Part shown: piece after piece, positions 39,251-51,868 of the stretch
How positions within the stretch are numbered: the first letter of the stretch is position 1
Layout of the letters: each line of letters starts with the position of its first letter
Source: Styela clava
Taxonomy: Eukaryota
DNA: 64,000 nucleotides
Assembly (NCBI RefSeq): GCF_964204865.1
Contig: NC_135251.1
Location: forward strand, 10,292,001 to 10,356,000
Direction: 5' to 3'
Notes under the pieces: generated by a model
Databases searched by the model: none
The model's input: the letters and a program-made list of their open reading frames with translations, nothing else
What the model was told of the DNA's origin: nothing
Program-made: the position numbers and the translations under genes

Positions 39251-40299
39251 CAGCAAAAAAGGTATTCACGCAGTATGTGTACCAGGTTAGGGTTATGCCA
39301 TATTTTGATTCCGATTTTCTATATTTCAGTTTTATTTCGAGTTTCATGTACACCATGCCAAGTCACAAATTCATGAAGATTTTTCACCCAGAAGGCGAGA
39401 TCAGAAATATTGTAAGTTATTGTACACGTGTACATATGGAATATCACGGAACCACAGTTTTGAAAAGCGTCCAACATTTTCAATTTCCAAAACAATTACC
39501 CCACTTGCAATATTACACAATAGGTCACAATTTTTTTTTGCAAATGCCAAAAGGCCATTTTCTAGTCGATATTAAATGTCGGTCAGTATGTTTCCACAAA
39601 GGTTATTTCGTGACACTTATTCATGTAATCTATAGCGTTACGTTTTCTAATTTTTGACTGATTGATTACGCTGGATAGTTAGTAGTAGAAATCACCTAAT
39701 GTATATGTAATTGAGCGCCATTTAGAAACTTTGATAAGGAATGAACTCATTTTACACATGAAGTACGTCATAGAGTCATTCATACATTGTCTACCTAAAA
39801 GTCGTAAACCAACATATCAAGATTTACGTTATCGATTGATTTTGACGAAGTGCAATTTCAGTTATGGAAAACATATATTTTAAAAGCGTAGTTCAATGGA
39901 AAACACTTCAAAACAGAACTCGCGTTGAAAAATAATTGTGACTACAAAAAAGTTACTGACAGAAACAAGTTTAGCACTATAATGGCCATAGTTGGAGCTT
40001 CAGAGTTCAGTTAAGGTCGGAAGAAACAGTTTATATCTATGCGGTAAATATGAAGAGTCTAGGACGCTTAATCGATGTTGAATTTGATGTCTGTTCTATC
40101 ATTATATTCCTTAACAATGTCGTAATGTGTGGCAAACAAAAAAAATTGTAGCAAATATAGAAAAGGAAGCACCCTATCACTGTTAGAAAAGTAAGCCAGT
40201 CCATGTCGAGTGCCCATTCCAGTTTATGATGTACAGTTTACTTTATTGCAATAAAACAAACCAGCAATAATTTTGAAGTAGCTGACGTTCGTTTAGGTT

Positions 40300-40672
40300 T
40301 TTTGGACAGAAAATGTACATATTGATCGTGTTGTTGTTTTTGTTTGTTTTTTCTTCTTGTTGTTATGAAAAATCTCCTGGACCAATCGCTTCAAATTTTC
40401 AGTGGTTGAAGATTATATTTTTCGCTGGAAAATACAATTATCTTTATTTATTTCAAAACTTTCCGTGGGCTCCTATGCATATCAAAATTTTGTGTGATGA
40501 CCAATTCAAAACTAATAAAAATCATTTGTAGCGGTTCTGCCTCCTCTCTCGCGCTACGCGAAAGTCGGAATTTTTTGACTGTGCGTATACAGTAGACTAA
40601 GTAAGGTGCTGTATAAGCTAAGCCTAGACTGATCCTTCGGTTAGGCTTTCGTGTCCATATATTTGATAATAC
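40300..40672 (-). mobile_element. Inverted copy of the 48961-49268 family just upstream of the lectin ATG
   Basis: Contains cgtgtccatatatttga, a (gtt)n tract and ctggaccaat..cttcaaattttca, all matching 48961-49268 in reverse complement. Confidence 0.55.
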
Positions 40673-40749
40673 TAATAGCTTCATCATTAAATATAATCAA
40701 TTCTCTTGGTAACCTAAATCTTCAGTGGAATTACAATTTAACAACCACA

Positions 40750-43700
40750 ATGCTTGGTAGGACATACAAGGTTTTTACACTTGTCAGTCTTTTACTTTTC
40801 ATTGAATTAACCTGGGCCGAAGAAAAACGTCTCATTTGCAAACCAGAATCGGATGAAGAACAGCAGCAGAGTGCCTCGATTGATATCAATGATGATTTGA
40901 TCAAAGCAATAAACTCACTTATTGATGTCAAAATGAAGGGTGGGTAGCTTTCACTAAAAAATATATTCGGTGTTTTAGTTAAATATAATGATTTTGGTCA
41001 CATATTTTAACAATTTTCCTCAAAGCAAGGTCACGAGTTCACACTTGTGAATGATTGAGTCACTTCCGCCCGAGTCAAGTTCAATATATATACAGAATTT
41101 ATATAGATTTGCGTAATGGATTACGCACAATACAGTCCAACTTAGTATTGGTTGACGTATACTTTTGAGCAGAGAACAGCTATTGATCAGCCTGTGGCCA
41201 ATAAGCACGCTAGAAAGCATGCATTCATAAGTCACGAACAAATAATTACAATAGACCCAGCACAACATTGAATAGTCAAGTTTTGAATCTACTAGGTGCG
41301 AACTATATTTTCATCAAATACAAAAATAATATTTATAATTTTGAGTCGATTGGAAAATTAATTGCCTTTCTCCTGAAGGCTGTCTCTATAATTATGGTAT
41401 AATGTTTTAAATATCAAATCAAAATTGGGATATTACCAACGTGTACATATTATCGGAATAAGCCTTAAGGTATAACAACCGAGGGTTCTCAATCCTTATT
41501 CTCTCATTTATTCCTATACAAATTTCAAATGAAAAATCAATTTCAATTTTTTATATTATTATTATTAAATGTATAATAACGCTTACACCTATATTTGATT
41601 GCGATTATACAGTGAATGCCCATATTATAGCCAATTTTCACTTCCAAGTGAAATTTACTCCAAGGGCGAGTAAATTTTATCCAAAATTTACCCCCAATAG
41701 AGAGCCCCTTGTATAAACATATCATAAAATATTGAATTCACCAATATCTTCTGAACGCATCGTTTTGTTAAATTTTATAACTTTTTGTTTGTTTGTTATA
41801 TTTACAGAAGTTGAAGATAAATTGTCACAGAGACTTTGGGAAAGATTTATGAATGAGACTGAATCTACGACTGCACCAGTGGAAGAAACAGTGGTTAAAG
41901 GTACTAAAATCGGATGTTAATTTTTTAACTTTAAATTTTTTAATTTAAAATTGGTGGTTCTAATGGTTGGTCTAATGGTTCTAATTGATGGTTCTAAGCG
42001 ATTTTTATACCCCTCACAAAAAGTCACATTGGGGCAAACGTCTATGCGTGCAAATGTTCGTGGGTGCGAATGTACATGGGTGCAAATGTCCGCGGGTGCA
42101 ATCTATATGCGGGTGGAAAAATCTATGGGTGGAAATGTCCGTGGGAGCAAATTTCGGTGGGTTCGAAAGTATGCAGGTGCAAATGTCGTTGGTGCAGTTT
42201 ATGGGTGCAAATGTACGTGAGTGCAAATGTGATGTCACCAATATCAAATGGATCCAACGATAACAGTATCTCTGAAAGGTTCCTGTCCGAGCTTTACATG
42301 GTTTCTATCACATAGTTTACACCTATCGAAATAATAGTTTGAACTGACCTCAAACTAAACGTGAATTTATTAAGTGAACGCTTCGTATCTTACTTTAAAG
42401 TTTTAAAACATTCAGGAAAAATATAATTTAAAAACTTTTGGCAAACTTTTATTGGAACCTATGTGTCATTTTTTGTCAATTGAGCTGGCAGATAAGAGTC
42501 TTTCGACTTCATTAAACTAGAAACTAAAGACTCGCCACACAACTGCTTCACGGCGCTGTTAGTACTCGAAGCTGCGCTAACATTTACCTATCAAAGAAAA
42601 GCATTTCAATATAAGACGTTAACGAAATCCATGATCTTAATATCTGCATTTCCAGTCCGCAGTCGTGTTAGAAATCAAAAACGGAAAAATATGTTAAGAA
42701 CAGACTAAATTATAATCACGAAGTACACCACAAGCATTTCCAATTCTTTTTTAATATTGTCAGCAATTTCATGAATAATGTGTCCTAAACAAACTATTAG
42801 CCCGAAAAAGTTTCTGTAGTAGCAACATCTCACATGAAGGCAGCTATACTGGAAGTAATGGGTCACCTAAATTGCGGACATTTTACTATTTCGTATCTAA
42901 GTCAACTTTTCATACATTCGATGAGATGAAGTCTCCGGGTCGACTGCTTCATTGCTCGGATTTTTACTTATATCAGAATAAGACTTTAAATAAGATATAC
43001 AATTTAATTAGGATTACATGTTAACAGATGAACGATTCTGTCATTTGAAATATGTGAGGAAATGCTTCACATTTTTCAAATCTAATCTAATGACGTATGG
43101 TGAAGCGAAGAAGAGATGCGAAGATATTGGTGGACATCTCGGAAATATCTACAACAAAGCACATGAAGAACAAGTTGTGAAATATATCAAGAAAAATGCT
43201 GCGACTCCTATTTTCTTCTTCATTGGAATGACTATCGATACGAAAGTAAGTATACCTCTAACTTCAAACAAGTGAACATATATCAGATCAGATCAGATTT
43301 GGCATTACTTAAATAATGCTACTCTCTGGAAATATCATTTGTTTGGATGGGATAGAAAACAGATCACAGAAACATTTTATGTTCCGATTGGTGTGTTTTC
43401 AAATCCTTATTAAGAAAAAAAATCGAGTCATTCCTTGGTAAAGGGAATATATTAGATGACGTAAAAAAACGAGAAATTCTAAAAAAAAGTCTACTACTTG
43501 AGTTTGACGTTTTTAATTTATTTGAGCTTATTTTTAAATTCTGTGAAGCAAGAATCGAAATCTTGAGTCGGAATTGAGAATCGGATTTGTAACAATAAGA
43601 GACATTCTAAAAATCGGTAACTGGTGGCAAAATATTCTTTGGATAAATTTTTCCAAAGTTCTTGAAGTCGAAAATGTTATATTTTGGCGTCAGAAGCTAA

Positions 43701-43840
43701 AGACGACTATACGGGGGAGTTGACTCTGTTGACCGTATGTTCGTATGGCTCTCTCCAGTCTATACCGAATAACATTGCGTATATTGTTGTATATTTGTAT
43801 TATAGTTGCAAAGCTTGTTTTTCTGGTTGACAAATATTAA

Positions 43841-43876
<36 letters not shown>

Positions 43877-44201
43877 GGTATGTTTGTCAACCCAAAATCG
43901 GCATTCGGAGTCAGTGTCAATTTCTTGAACCACTTGGAATTTGGTTTTACTTTTCTCTGAATTTACAGTAAGTCCCGGGCTGACTTATATGAATTAACTC
44001 ATATCTATTTTCTTCCAGAGCATGAATGTTTTCCTGTACAATCGTTCTCCAGCGCCATATGTTCATTGGTATCCTGACGGTGGATATCCCCTGAAAGAAC
44101 ACAGCATGTTGAGATACACTATTTTGCCTACTTTCTCGGGAATGTTTAACAATGTTGCAGAGAACATGGCGAGATCGAATGGTGTACTTTGTGAATTTTA
44201 A
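40750..44201 (+). CDS. Secreted atypical C-type lectin-like domain protein (227 aa), 4 exons
   Basis: Exons 40750-40939 (signal peptide MLGRTYKVFTLVSLLLFIELTWA), 41808-41900, 43028-43245 (CF..TYGEAKKRCEDIGGHLGNI..FFIGM), 44019-44201 (HWYPDGGYP..GMFN..GVLCEF-TAA). GT-AG introns with phases 1,1,0; 684 nt. Confidence 0.88.
42030..42238. repeat. Degenerate 15-bp tandem repeat (atgggtgcaaatgtc-like) at a transposon end
   Basis: About 13 degenerate units ending in gtcacc; the same unit and terminus occur in 59464-59668. Confidence 0.7.
43843..43875. repeat. (CT)n microsatellite in lectin intron 3
   Basis: About 16 consecutive CT/TC units. Confidence 0.9.
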
Positions 44202-46067
44202 AATATCATTTAGTTCAACACAAAAACAACTTCAAAAAATAATTTCTCTGTAAGATATCTCACGTGCAACTGAAGAATGTGGTTTTGTTTTAAAAATCAT
44301 GAAATATTATTTCAGCATTCGTTCAGTGAAAAGCGACAAAACTTCATATTACAAGTCAGTCAGTCAATCGATTATTTATTTGCCGTCACGAAAGACAAAT
44401 TCACAAAAGTTGCTGCAGAGGTCGCGAGGGACCTCGTTAGGTCTTCAAGCAGCAATACCTATAGCGCTGTTACTGGTTTGGTGTAAAAATAACTGCATAT
44501 GATACGACTATTAACTATGCGATAGTCTTGATGGTGATCATATTTTGACTATAACATGTAATTATAATATATAAATGAACATAAATTCACGCCAAACGCA
44601 ATTTTGCTAAAATACATAATAAAATAAATAAGATGGAGAGCAACGAAACTAGTGGCAGAAAAAAGAAGGTTATTATTTAAAACAGAAATCTAACAAGAGA
44701 GCAAATCGAACTAAATATCCGATGTATAATCCGCTAGCGGCTAGATAGATCCTGTTACTTACTATCTGGCCATTGAAAAGCTCAAATTAAAATGGCAAAT
44801 TGAGTCTCATCACTGCAGTAATTCACATAGATACCGTATAGACCAGGGGTGTGTAACTTGCGGCCCGAGGGTCATATGCGCCCACAAGAAAAAAAATGTG
44901 CTGCCGGCGGAAAAGTGCCAATTTTGAATGCTGTGTGGCCCGCAAAACGAGTTTTTAATTTAGCTTAATAGTAATGGTAGGTGCGAGTAATTTTAATCCA
45001 TTTGCGTTGAAAACCCTATATCTGAGTTCAATTTATATGCCTATGACGTTCAATGCCCTGACAGCTAACTTTAGCGAAGAGAACATCGAATGTCATAAGT
45101 GCAACGACTAAAAAGCCTGCGTTAAATAAAAGTGTGTGGCCCGTGGTTTCACCCCGGTGTTTGTATACGACCCTTCCGTAATAAAATCGCATACCCCTGG
45201 TATTGACCACAGCTAAGCCGTGAGCACGAACTTTGCGAGAGAAATTTCGAAAAATATAATATATATTAATAGCCTTTTAGCGAATTAAAATTGTTGAACA
45301 CTTTAAATCCAAAAACGCTTAATCCATTATGGGGTCAAAGAGATTGTTGCTCAACAATAAATGTCACCTCAACAACAACAACAAAAATTTGGCAATACAA
45401 TCCATTTGTCACTTCGTATCGTATTGATATGAGCTTTACCTCGCCCCGTGCATTTCCTATACACGAGTAAGCAAAATATGATTTTCCTATTCGTATTATT
45501 ATGCACGCTTTTCGCAGTCTTACTAAAATATTTGTTGATCAATTAATTTTACCGAAACTATCTAAATGTATGTTTGCTATAACGTATTTATCAATTTTGA
45601 CTTGAATTGAATTTGTTTATTATTATTGTATGTACTCTTATATTTAATACAGACTGCTTATTCAATTTGCCCTGAGTATACATGTGGTACTACTTCTGCA
45701 AAGCTCATGAATACTCCACATACACTTTACAAAAACATCACTTGTAAAATTAATCTACTCTCCAATTTGTGGCATTAGTCACCAGAAAAGGGCAAAAACG
45801 GTTTCCTAAAAGCTCTATAAAAATTCATTCGACAATGTGGCATATACATTTTATATTTACAATCAGCTTATTAAATTGTTTATTACCGGGTAATGAGGTA
45901 GCATAATTAATGTTGAAATAAAATTAAAAATTGAAAATTATCTAACTAAGAATGAAATTGAAAGTTACGGTTTGAAGTAATACAACATCACATGGAATTG
46001 TTGTCATCGATAATAGCATACGTTCATGGTTCTTTTTCAATACTGTCACATAGGTTTGGTAACATAC

Positions 46068-46428
46068 AATACATATACAACCAGGAGTATGCATATACAT
46101 CCTGAAGTATACATATACAGCCAGGAGTATACATATACCGCCAGAAGTATACATATACAGCCAGGAGTTTACATATACAGCAAACCAAATATGCATATAC
46201 AGTCATGAGTTTGGTTGGTAAAAAATATGAATACAATTCCAAAATATGCTCATACTGCACAGTCAACTCAGATTATGTTCATACACAGCCAATATATTTT
46301 AAACGGATGTTTGTTTATATTGATTTGAATGAATATGCATATGATATTGACTTTTGAATGAAACTTACTTCAATGGCTGTATATGTATATTTGCCTGGCT
46401 ATATATGTATATTTAGGCTATATGTACA
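46068..46428. repeat. 20-bp minisatellite (tacatatacagccaggagta) with inverted degenerate copies
   Basis: About 7 units at 46068-46204; reverse-complement units (ggctgtatatgtata) at 46375-46428. Confidence 0.7.
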
Positions 46429-46809
46429 TGGTGTTCGCAAAGTTTGGACACATAGGTTATAAAATATTTTTAGTAATAATTATAAATTATAATATAAATT
46501 GATGGTAATGTATTAAAGATAGTAATAATAATTAATAATATTATTAATTATAATTAAATATAAAAAATAATATTAGTTTTAATTACAGACTAAAAAATTC
46601 AATTATCCCATTTGTTCGGACTTTACGGACACACTGTATGCTGGCCCGCTAATACTGTCTAGTTCCAACAACTATGTGACAGATGCTTCATATTGTAAAC
46701 AAGAAAAGACTTGTTTATCGCACAATATTCCACTAACCTCATTCAAGTTTTTATAATCTTAACTCAAATATACAAAAAAAAAATATTTAGATGACTGGTG
46801 GATATAGAG

Positions 46810-48306
46810 CTACGACATACAAGAAGAAATGAAAATTTTTAAAATAGATTTCCAGTCCCTCAACATAAAGAAGATTGCAGAATTATTGACAATGGCGTTT
46901 ATCTCATTAACACTAGCAAAAACGTAATTACCAAAAATAATATTATTTGTTTCAGAATAATTCATCAAAATAGCAAACGCACCAGAACTTATAATATCAG
47001 TAATTATCGTAAAAGCTGCTAAAGCTGTGGATTTTTTCAAAACTTTAATGATTGGGTTTTGGTTTTTCTTGATAATTGTCTCGGTTTTGGATACGATATT
47101 AGAATCAGCTTCTTTTTCTGGATTTGGAGCTGTTGTTGTAACTTCGTTTGGCGCAGGAGGATTGTCAACCACAATCTCTTCTTTGCCAGAAATTAAATTG
47201 GGCTCAGCGTTAGTTACTTGTCGCAATTGAGGTTCATTGATGATTCCAACTGATTTACTCTGTCTCTCATGAGCTTCTTTGAATAGGAATTCATCGCCTG
47301 GCTTTGTTTCTTCGTTGACAGGACATTCATTAATAATTGAAACATCTGCAACTGTTAATCGTTTAGCAGATGGTGACGCACCGTGTAAGTTGGTGTTGAG
47401 ATTCCTTGGAGACGAATTAGCAACGTTGCTTGGACTTGCAATTTTTATATTTGTTGACTTATTTACAGAGTTATGTCCTTCAGATGAAAAAGATGTTTCA
47501 GCGATACCTTGCTTAGATGAGGAAGGTAAAAGTTTTTGTGTTTGTGAGTTTTCGTTGCTCAGCAATTTAGCTTTCTCTTGTCGCCTTCTTTGTTGAATAT
47601 GTTTAAACAAAGGAAACACAAATAAGAATAACAGCAATCCTTGACTTAAAATTGATATAATAACACCGAATGAAAATAGTCTGTTTAAGTCTTCATCGCT
47701 GTTTTTATCAAATACCTGAACGCACTCAAATCCGTTGAAAATCGTTTCTATGGAAGTTTCGAAAACACACGTGTAATAAACATTCTGTATAATAATTAAA
47801 CTAAGAGAAACATAACTCAAGCGACGCAACCATTTAGAGGTAAGTCTCTTCATATTTGGACGAGAGTATAGAACATATTGCCTGAGCCATAATGTTAGAT
47901 AGCTGGTAAACATATTCATTGAGTATAGCACTCCATTTATATTTGTTATGACGTAGCACAAGACGTCATCTGACTTAATAAACATACTAATAAGGTACGT
48001 CTGTAGTGTTCCAAGTCTTACTATTGTTTGAACAAATGCAGAGAACACCATAATGTATAAAATTGTGCGTTTATCCTGGCAATTGCATCTGAATTTTCGA
48101 TGACGTATCCCATATGACGTCATTGAAGAAAATACCAGCATAGTGATGAGAAAAACAAAAATGCACCAAACTTGACAAATTATCCATTCGGTATTTCCAA
48201 GTACTGTCTTTTTCCTTACGTGGTTCAATTCCACTGCTGTAGTAATAGTTACTGTATATTCCGATGTATTTTCAAAATTGCCGGAACCAGTTTCATAAAT
48301 ATCCAT
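46810..48306 (-). CDS. Orphan 7TM GPCR-like protein (498 aa) with long third intracellular loop
   Basis: Uninterrupted ORF; motifs WIICQ, YLTLWLRQYVLYSRPNMKRL, NGFECVQV, QGLLLFLFVFPL, NNSAIFFMLRDWK. Confidence 0.88.
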   Translation of the reverse strand: MDIYETGSGNFENTSEYTVTITTAVELNHVRKKTVLGNTEWIICQVWCIFVFLITMLVFSSMTSYGIRHRKFRCNCQDKRTILYIMVFSAFVQTIVRLGTLQTYLISMFIKSDDVLCYVITNINGVLYSMNMFTSYLTLWLRQYVLYSRPNMKRLTSKWLRRLSYVSLSLIIIQNVYYTCVFETSIETIFNGFECVQVFDKNSDEDLNRLFSFGVIISILSQGLLLFLFVFPLFKHIQQRRRQEKAKLLSNENSQTQKLLPSSSKQGIAETSFSSEGHNSVNKSTNIKIASPSNVANSSPRNLNTNLHGASPSAKRLTVADVSIINECPVNEETKPGDEFLFKEAHERQSKSVGIINEPQLRQVTNAEPNLISGKEEIVVDNPPAPNEVTTTAPNPEKEADSNIVSKTETIIKKNQNPIIKVLKKSTALAAFTIITDIISSGAFAILMNYSETNNIIFGNYVFASVNEINAIVNNSAIFFMLRDWKSILKIFISSCMS

Positions 48307-48960
48307 ACGTTTTAAAAAAAGCCATCAAACATATTTATAAAATAATTCTGAAAAAAAAACAATAATTAGTTATGAACTTTGTCTAAAAATACTGATGAAT
48401 ACAAACTGCTAACCGTAAATAATGTAAAAAAAAAGTGCAAATGAATTAGTTAAATCGTGCCTCGTTGCTCAGATTTTTATGTATTTTTTTTTCACTTGCT
48501 TTAATAATAGCTTAGCTATATTAATCATGGGTATACAATACACAGTGGCGAATCAGTCAGCGAATCCGTTCTTTATTAGGACGTTAGAATTGTAGCAAAT
48601 GGGTTAAGTAAACCACAGCTGACGTTTTATTTGGTGTTTCGAAATGTATGTATTAGGTTTCTGAAAAGCATATCATGTTAATGCAGCTTACGTAGTGGGA
48701 TACATATATTTTCTGAAATAAGGTAATCTACTGTTTCTGGATTCGATACTAAAGAGAAGTGGTTTTTTTAAATTTTGAATTTCATTCTAGTTATAAATTA
48801 TTTTCAAATAATTCAAAAACATAATGAATAAAAATAAAAACATATGTTTTCGAATTCATTCGTAATGGTATTTTGCTGTAAATTCGTTACTATTAATATA
48901 AATTACAAACTATTTTCAAATATCAAACGAAGTTTTTTTTTTAAATAAGAACAAAAAATA

Positions 48961-49268
48961 AACAAGAGAGCTATGCTCAAATATATGGACACGCAGCGGT
49001 CATATGCGTTCGCTGAACCTCCACATGGTGGCAAATTTTGATGACGCCATAGCACACAAAAAACGATTCCCATACAGCTCACCGGAATATTTGAAACAAA
49101 TAAAAGTAATAACCTTCTGGCAGAAACTTCAATCTTTAAGCGCTTGAAATTCCAAAGCAATTGGTCCAGTAATCAATGAGAGAAGCGATTTTTTCTGTGA
49201 CAAAGAACAACAAAAACAACAACAACATAATAACAAAACGATCCATATGCCCACTACGTGTCCAATTA
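48961..49268 (+). mobile_element. Second HINE/DINE-like family, apparently full length
   Basis: Subterminal IR tggacacg (48986) / cgtgtcca (49257); (aac)n tract near the 3' end; related fragments at ~24550-24650, ~27340-27545 and ~45250-45390. Confidence 0.55.
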
Positions 49269-49418
49269 CTACTTAACAAATATTCTAAGACTAAGTTAAG
49301 ATATACACGTTGTATTGTAGAATATGATATTTTCGAAGTTGTGTTTTGAAAAACATATTTTACTATGAATAAAACGTCAAAAAATCCTATCAAAAATTAA
49401 ACTGATTATGATTAGATT

Positions 49419-50909
49419 TCATCTACAAAAACAGTTTGACAACACAGTTTTCCAGTCTTTGAGTATAAAAAATATTGCGAAATTATTTACAAATGCATTA
49501 ATTTCGTTTATACAAGAATAAACATACGATCCAATATATTCTCTGTCAAACATCGCTACAAATACCGCAAAAACAGCTAACGTGCAGATATCACTTATAA
49601 CAGTTATTGTTGCCAGCACAGTAGATTTTTTCAAAACGTATATTATGGGGCTCGGTTTTACTGAATCCTGGTGTTTTATGGGATTGTTCCCGATAGATTT
49701 TGTTCGAGCCTTTTCTTCTACAGGAGCAATGGAACTTTCATAATTTTGAGGGTTGCTGACAATCTGAGGGTCATTTTCAGTTCGTTCGATTTCATGATCA
49801 TCTAGTTTCGTAACGGCTTCTGTGTGCTCCCACTTAGGTTTGACATTTTCATGTTCCTTGTCAATTTTCTGGTGGACTATCTCCAAAGACTGGCAAGGAT
49901 GTTTGATTGAATTTGCTGTTTTCTCATCGACTGAATATTCTCCTACAATGGAAACGTCTGCGACTGTAAGTCTCTTTGCTGATGGAGAGCAATTGATTTG
50001 TTTTTCACTTTTTAATTCTGCTTGTAAAGCTGATACAGTTGGCTTGTCTTCAACTATTTCATCTTTTGGTGCTGCAGTATTACAGACTTCCTGAGCTGAA
50101 AATGAAGATTCCGCTACACCAGATTCGTTCTTTGCTTGTGATGAAGGAAGGAGTTTAACAGTGTGAGAATCGTCAGCTGGTGGTAGTTTAACCCTACTTT
50201 GTCGTCTCCGATTTTGGACGTGTTTAAGAAGAGGAAATATAAATAAAAATAACAATAAAGCTTGACTTGCAATCCCTATGAAAACCGATATAGAAAACAT
50301 TGTATTTAAAGTTTTGTCCTCGCCATCTTCTAAAACCTGAACACATTCAACTCCATTAGAAACCATCTTTACAGTAGTAGCATAGACGTACATGTAATAT
50401 ATATTTTGAATTAAAATTAGCAATATGCAAACGTAACTTAAAAACCGAAGCCATTTAGGAGTTAATCGTTTCATGTTTGGACGAGAGTATAACAGATACT
50501 GTCGAAGCCATAATGTGACATAGACCATCATAATGTTGATTGAATAAAAAATTCCGTGAACAACGGTAGCGGCGTTACAAATACCATCATCAAGAGTCAT
50601 AAATACAGTGGACAGCATTACCTCAAAAGCACCAAGTCTAAGAAGGGTTTCAATGCCAGCTGAAAAAACCATCACATACAAAATCGAACTTTTATCTCTG
50701 CTGTTGCATTTTAGCTTCCTGTTACGTAATCCATATGACGTCATAGCACAAAACACTCCCATTGTGATGATGAAAATGATAATGCACACTGCTTGACAAA
50801 TAATCCATTGCATATTCATGTTTATTATCTTGGCGTTTTCTTCAATTAAACCGTGGTAGCTGGTCGAATTCGGGAGACTTTCTCTTTGTCCCGTTGATGG
50901 AATATCCAT
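49419..50909 (-). CDS. Orphan 7TM GPCR-like protein (496 aa), tandem paralog
   Basis: Uninterrupted ORF; motifs WIICQ, YVTLWLRQYLLYSRPNMKRL, NGVECVQV, NNFAIFFILKDWK. Confidence 0.88.
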   Translation of the reverse strand: MDIPSTGQRESLPNSTSYHGLIEENAKIINMNMQWIICQAVCIIIFIITMGVFCAMTSYGLRNRKLKCNSRDKSSILYVMVFSAGIETLLRLGAFEVMLSTVFMTLDDGICNAATVVHGIFYSINIMMVYVTLWLRQYLLYSRPNMKRLTPKWLRFLSYVCILLILIQNIYYMYVYATTVKMVSNGVECVQVLEDGEDKTLNTMFSISVFIGIASQALLLFLFIFPLLKHVQNRRRQSRVKLPPADDSHTVKLLPSSQAKNESGVAESSFSAQEVCNTAAPKDEIVEDKPTVSALQAELKSEKQINCSPSAKRLTVADVSIVGEYSVDEKTANSIKHPCQSLEIVHQKIDKEHENVKPKWEHTEAVTKLDDHEIERTENDPQIVSNPQNYESSIAPVEEKARTKSIGNNPIKHQDSVKPSPIIYVLKKSTVLATITVISDICTLAVFAVFVAMFDREYIGSYVYSCINEINAFVNNFAIFFILKDWKTVLSNCFCR

Positions 50910-51240
50910 GTTGATAAAGAAATTATATTATTCATTGACAATAAATTTCACTAAATACCTAATTTCTAAAAACCGGAAACAAAAATCATAGTCAATTTCG
51001 ATTTGAAATATTTGTACGTAACTGATATAGTGTCATAATTTATCAAAATTTCCTGACCTTGTATTGGAGGTATGCATTATATTTAACAAAAAAGAATGCT
51101 TAATTAATCAACAGTTAAATGATTTTAATGAGGATTCTCTGACTTATCACACATTATTTTGTGTATTGTGTAGCATAAAAACAACACTTCATAGAAAAGG
51201 GGTTATGTTTTTTACAAATAGAAAATGATTATTCAAAAAA

Positions 51241-51353
51241 GGGCGCTCCCGAAGTATGTGCACCAAGATGGCGCACAACCTGAATTTCTAACCTGGTACA
51301 ACTACTATGTTCAGGTTCTGCGCCATCTTGGTGCACATACTTCTGGAGGTTCC
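51241..51353. mobile_element. ~113-bp palindromic MITE between two GPCR genes
   Basis: gaagtatgtgcaccaagatggcgca ... tgcgccatcttggtgcacatacttc (25-bp perfect inverted repeat); A6 flanks. Confidence 0.75.
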
Positions 51354-51868
51354 AAAAAAGTTTACTGTAGGTACTGCTAGTCATCCGAATATTTTTGATT
51401 TGATTTTTCCCTGATTTATCATATATTATGTGGTGTAGTATTAAAATATTTCATGCTCTTCGATTGAAATAGTTCATTATAATCATTCTATATAGCAATT
51501 GACTATTCAAAAATTTTAACTGTAAAAGTTGCTCAACATTCATTTAATTTTGATTTGATCGATTAAATATATATTGAACAGCGCAGGATAAAGCATAAAA
51601 CCATAAAACATTCGGCGTTTTAATTGCCGGAGTGCACCATGCCCATTACAAAAAAAAACTATATTAATTCAAAAGGCTGCTGCAAGAATTGCATAACAAT
51701 TAATAATTTTTATTAATCCTTTTTTGATTTAATATATAGGATAGATATACTTCTAAATTTAAAGTAGCGGAGTACAACACGTTCAGTACAACAAATAACT
51801 TCAAAAAGTTAAGTAAGAATAATATAACAGTTAAGTGAAAGATTAACAATAAATTTAAACATTCTAAT

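Noticed and set aside
41951-42315. Four overlapping ORFs
   Set aside because: Produced by a stop-poor 15-bp tandem repeat in an intron.
45942-46266. Overlapping ORFs with repeated YMYT/CICI
   Set aside because: Translations of the 20-bp minisatellite.
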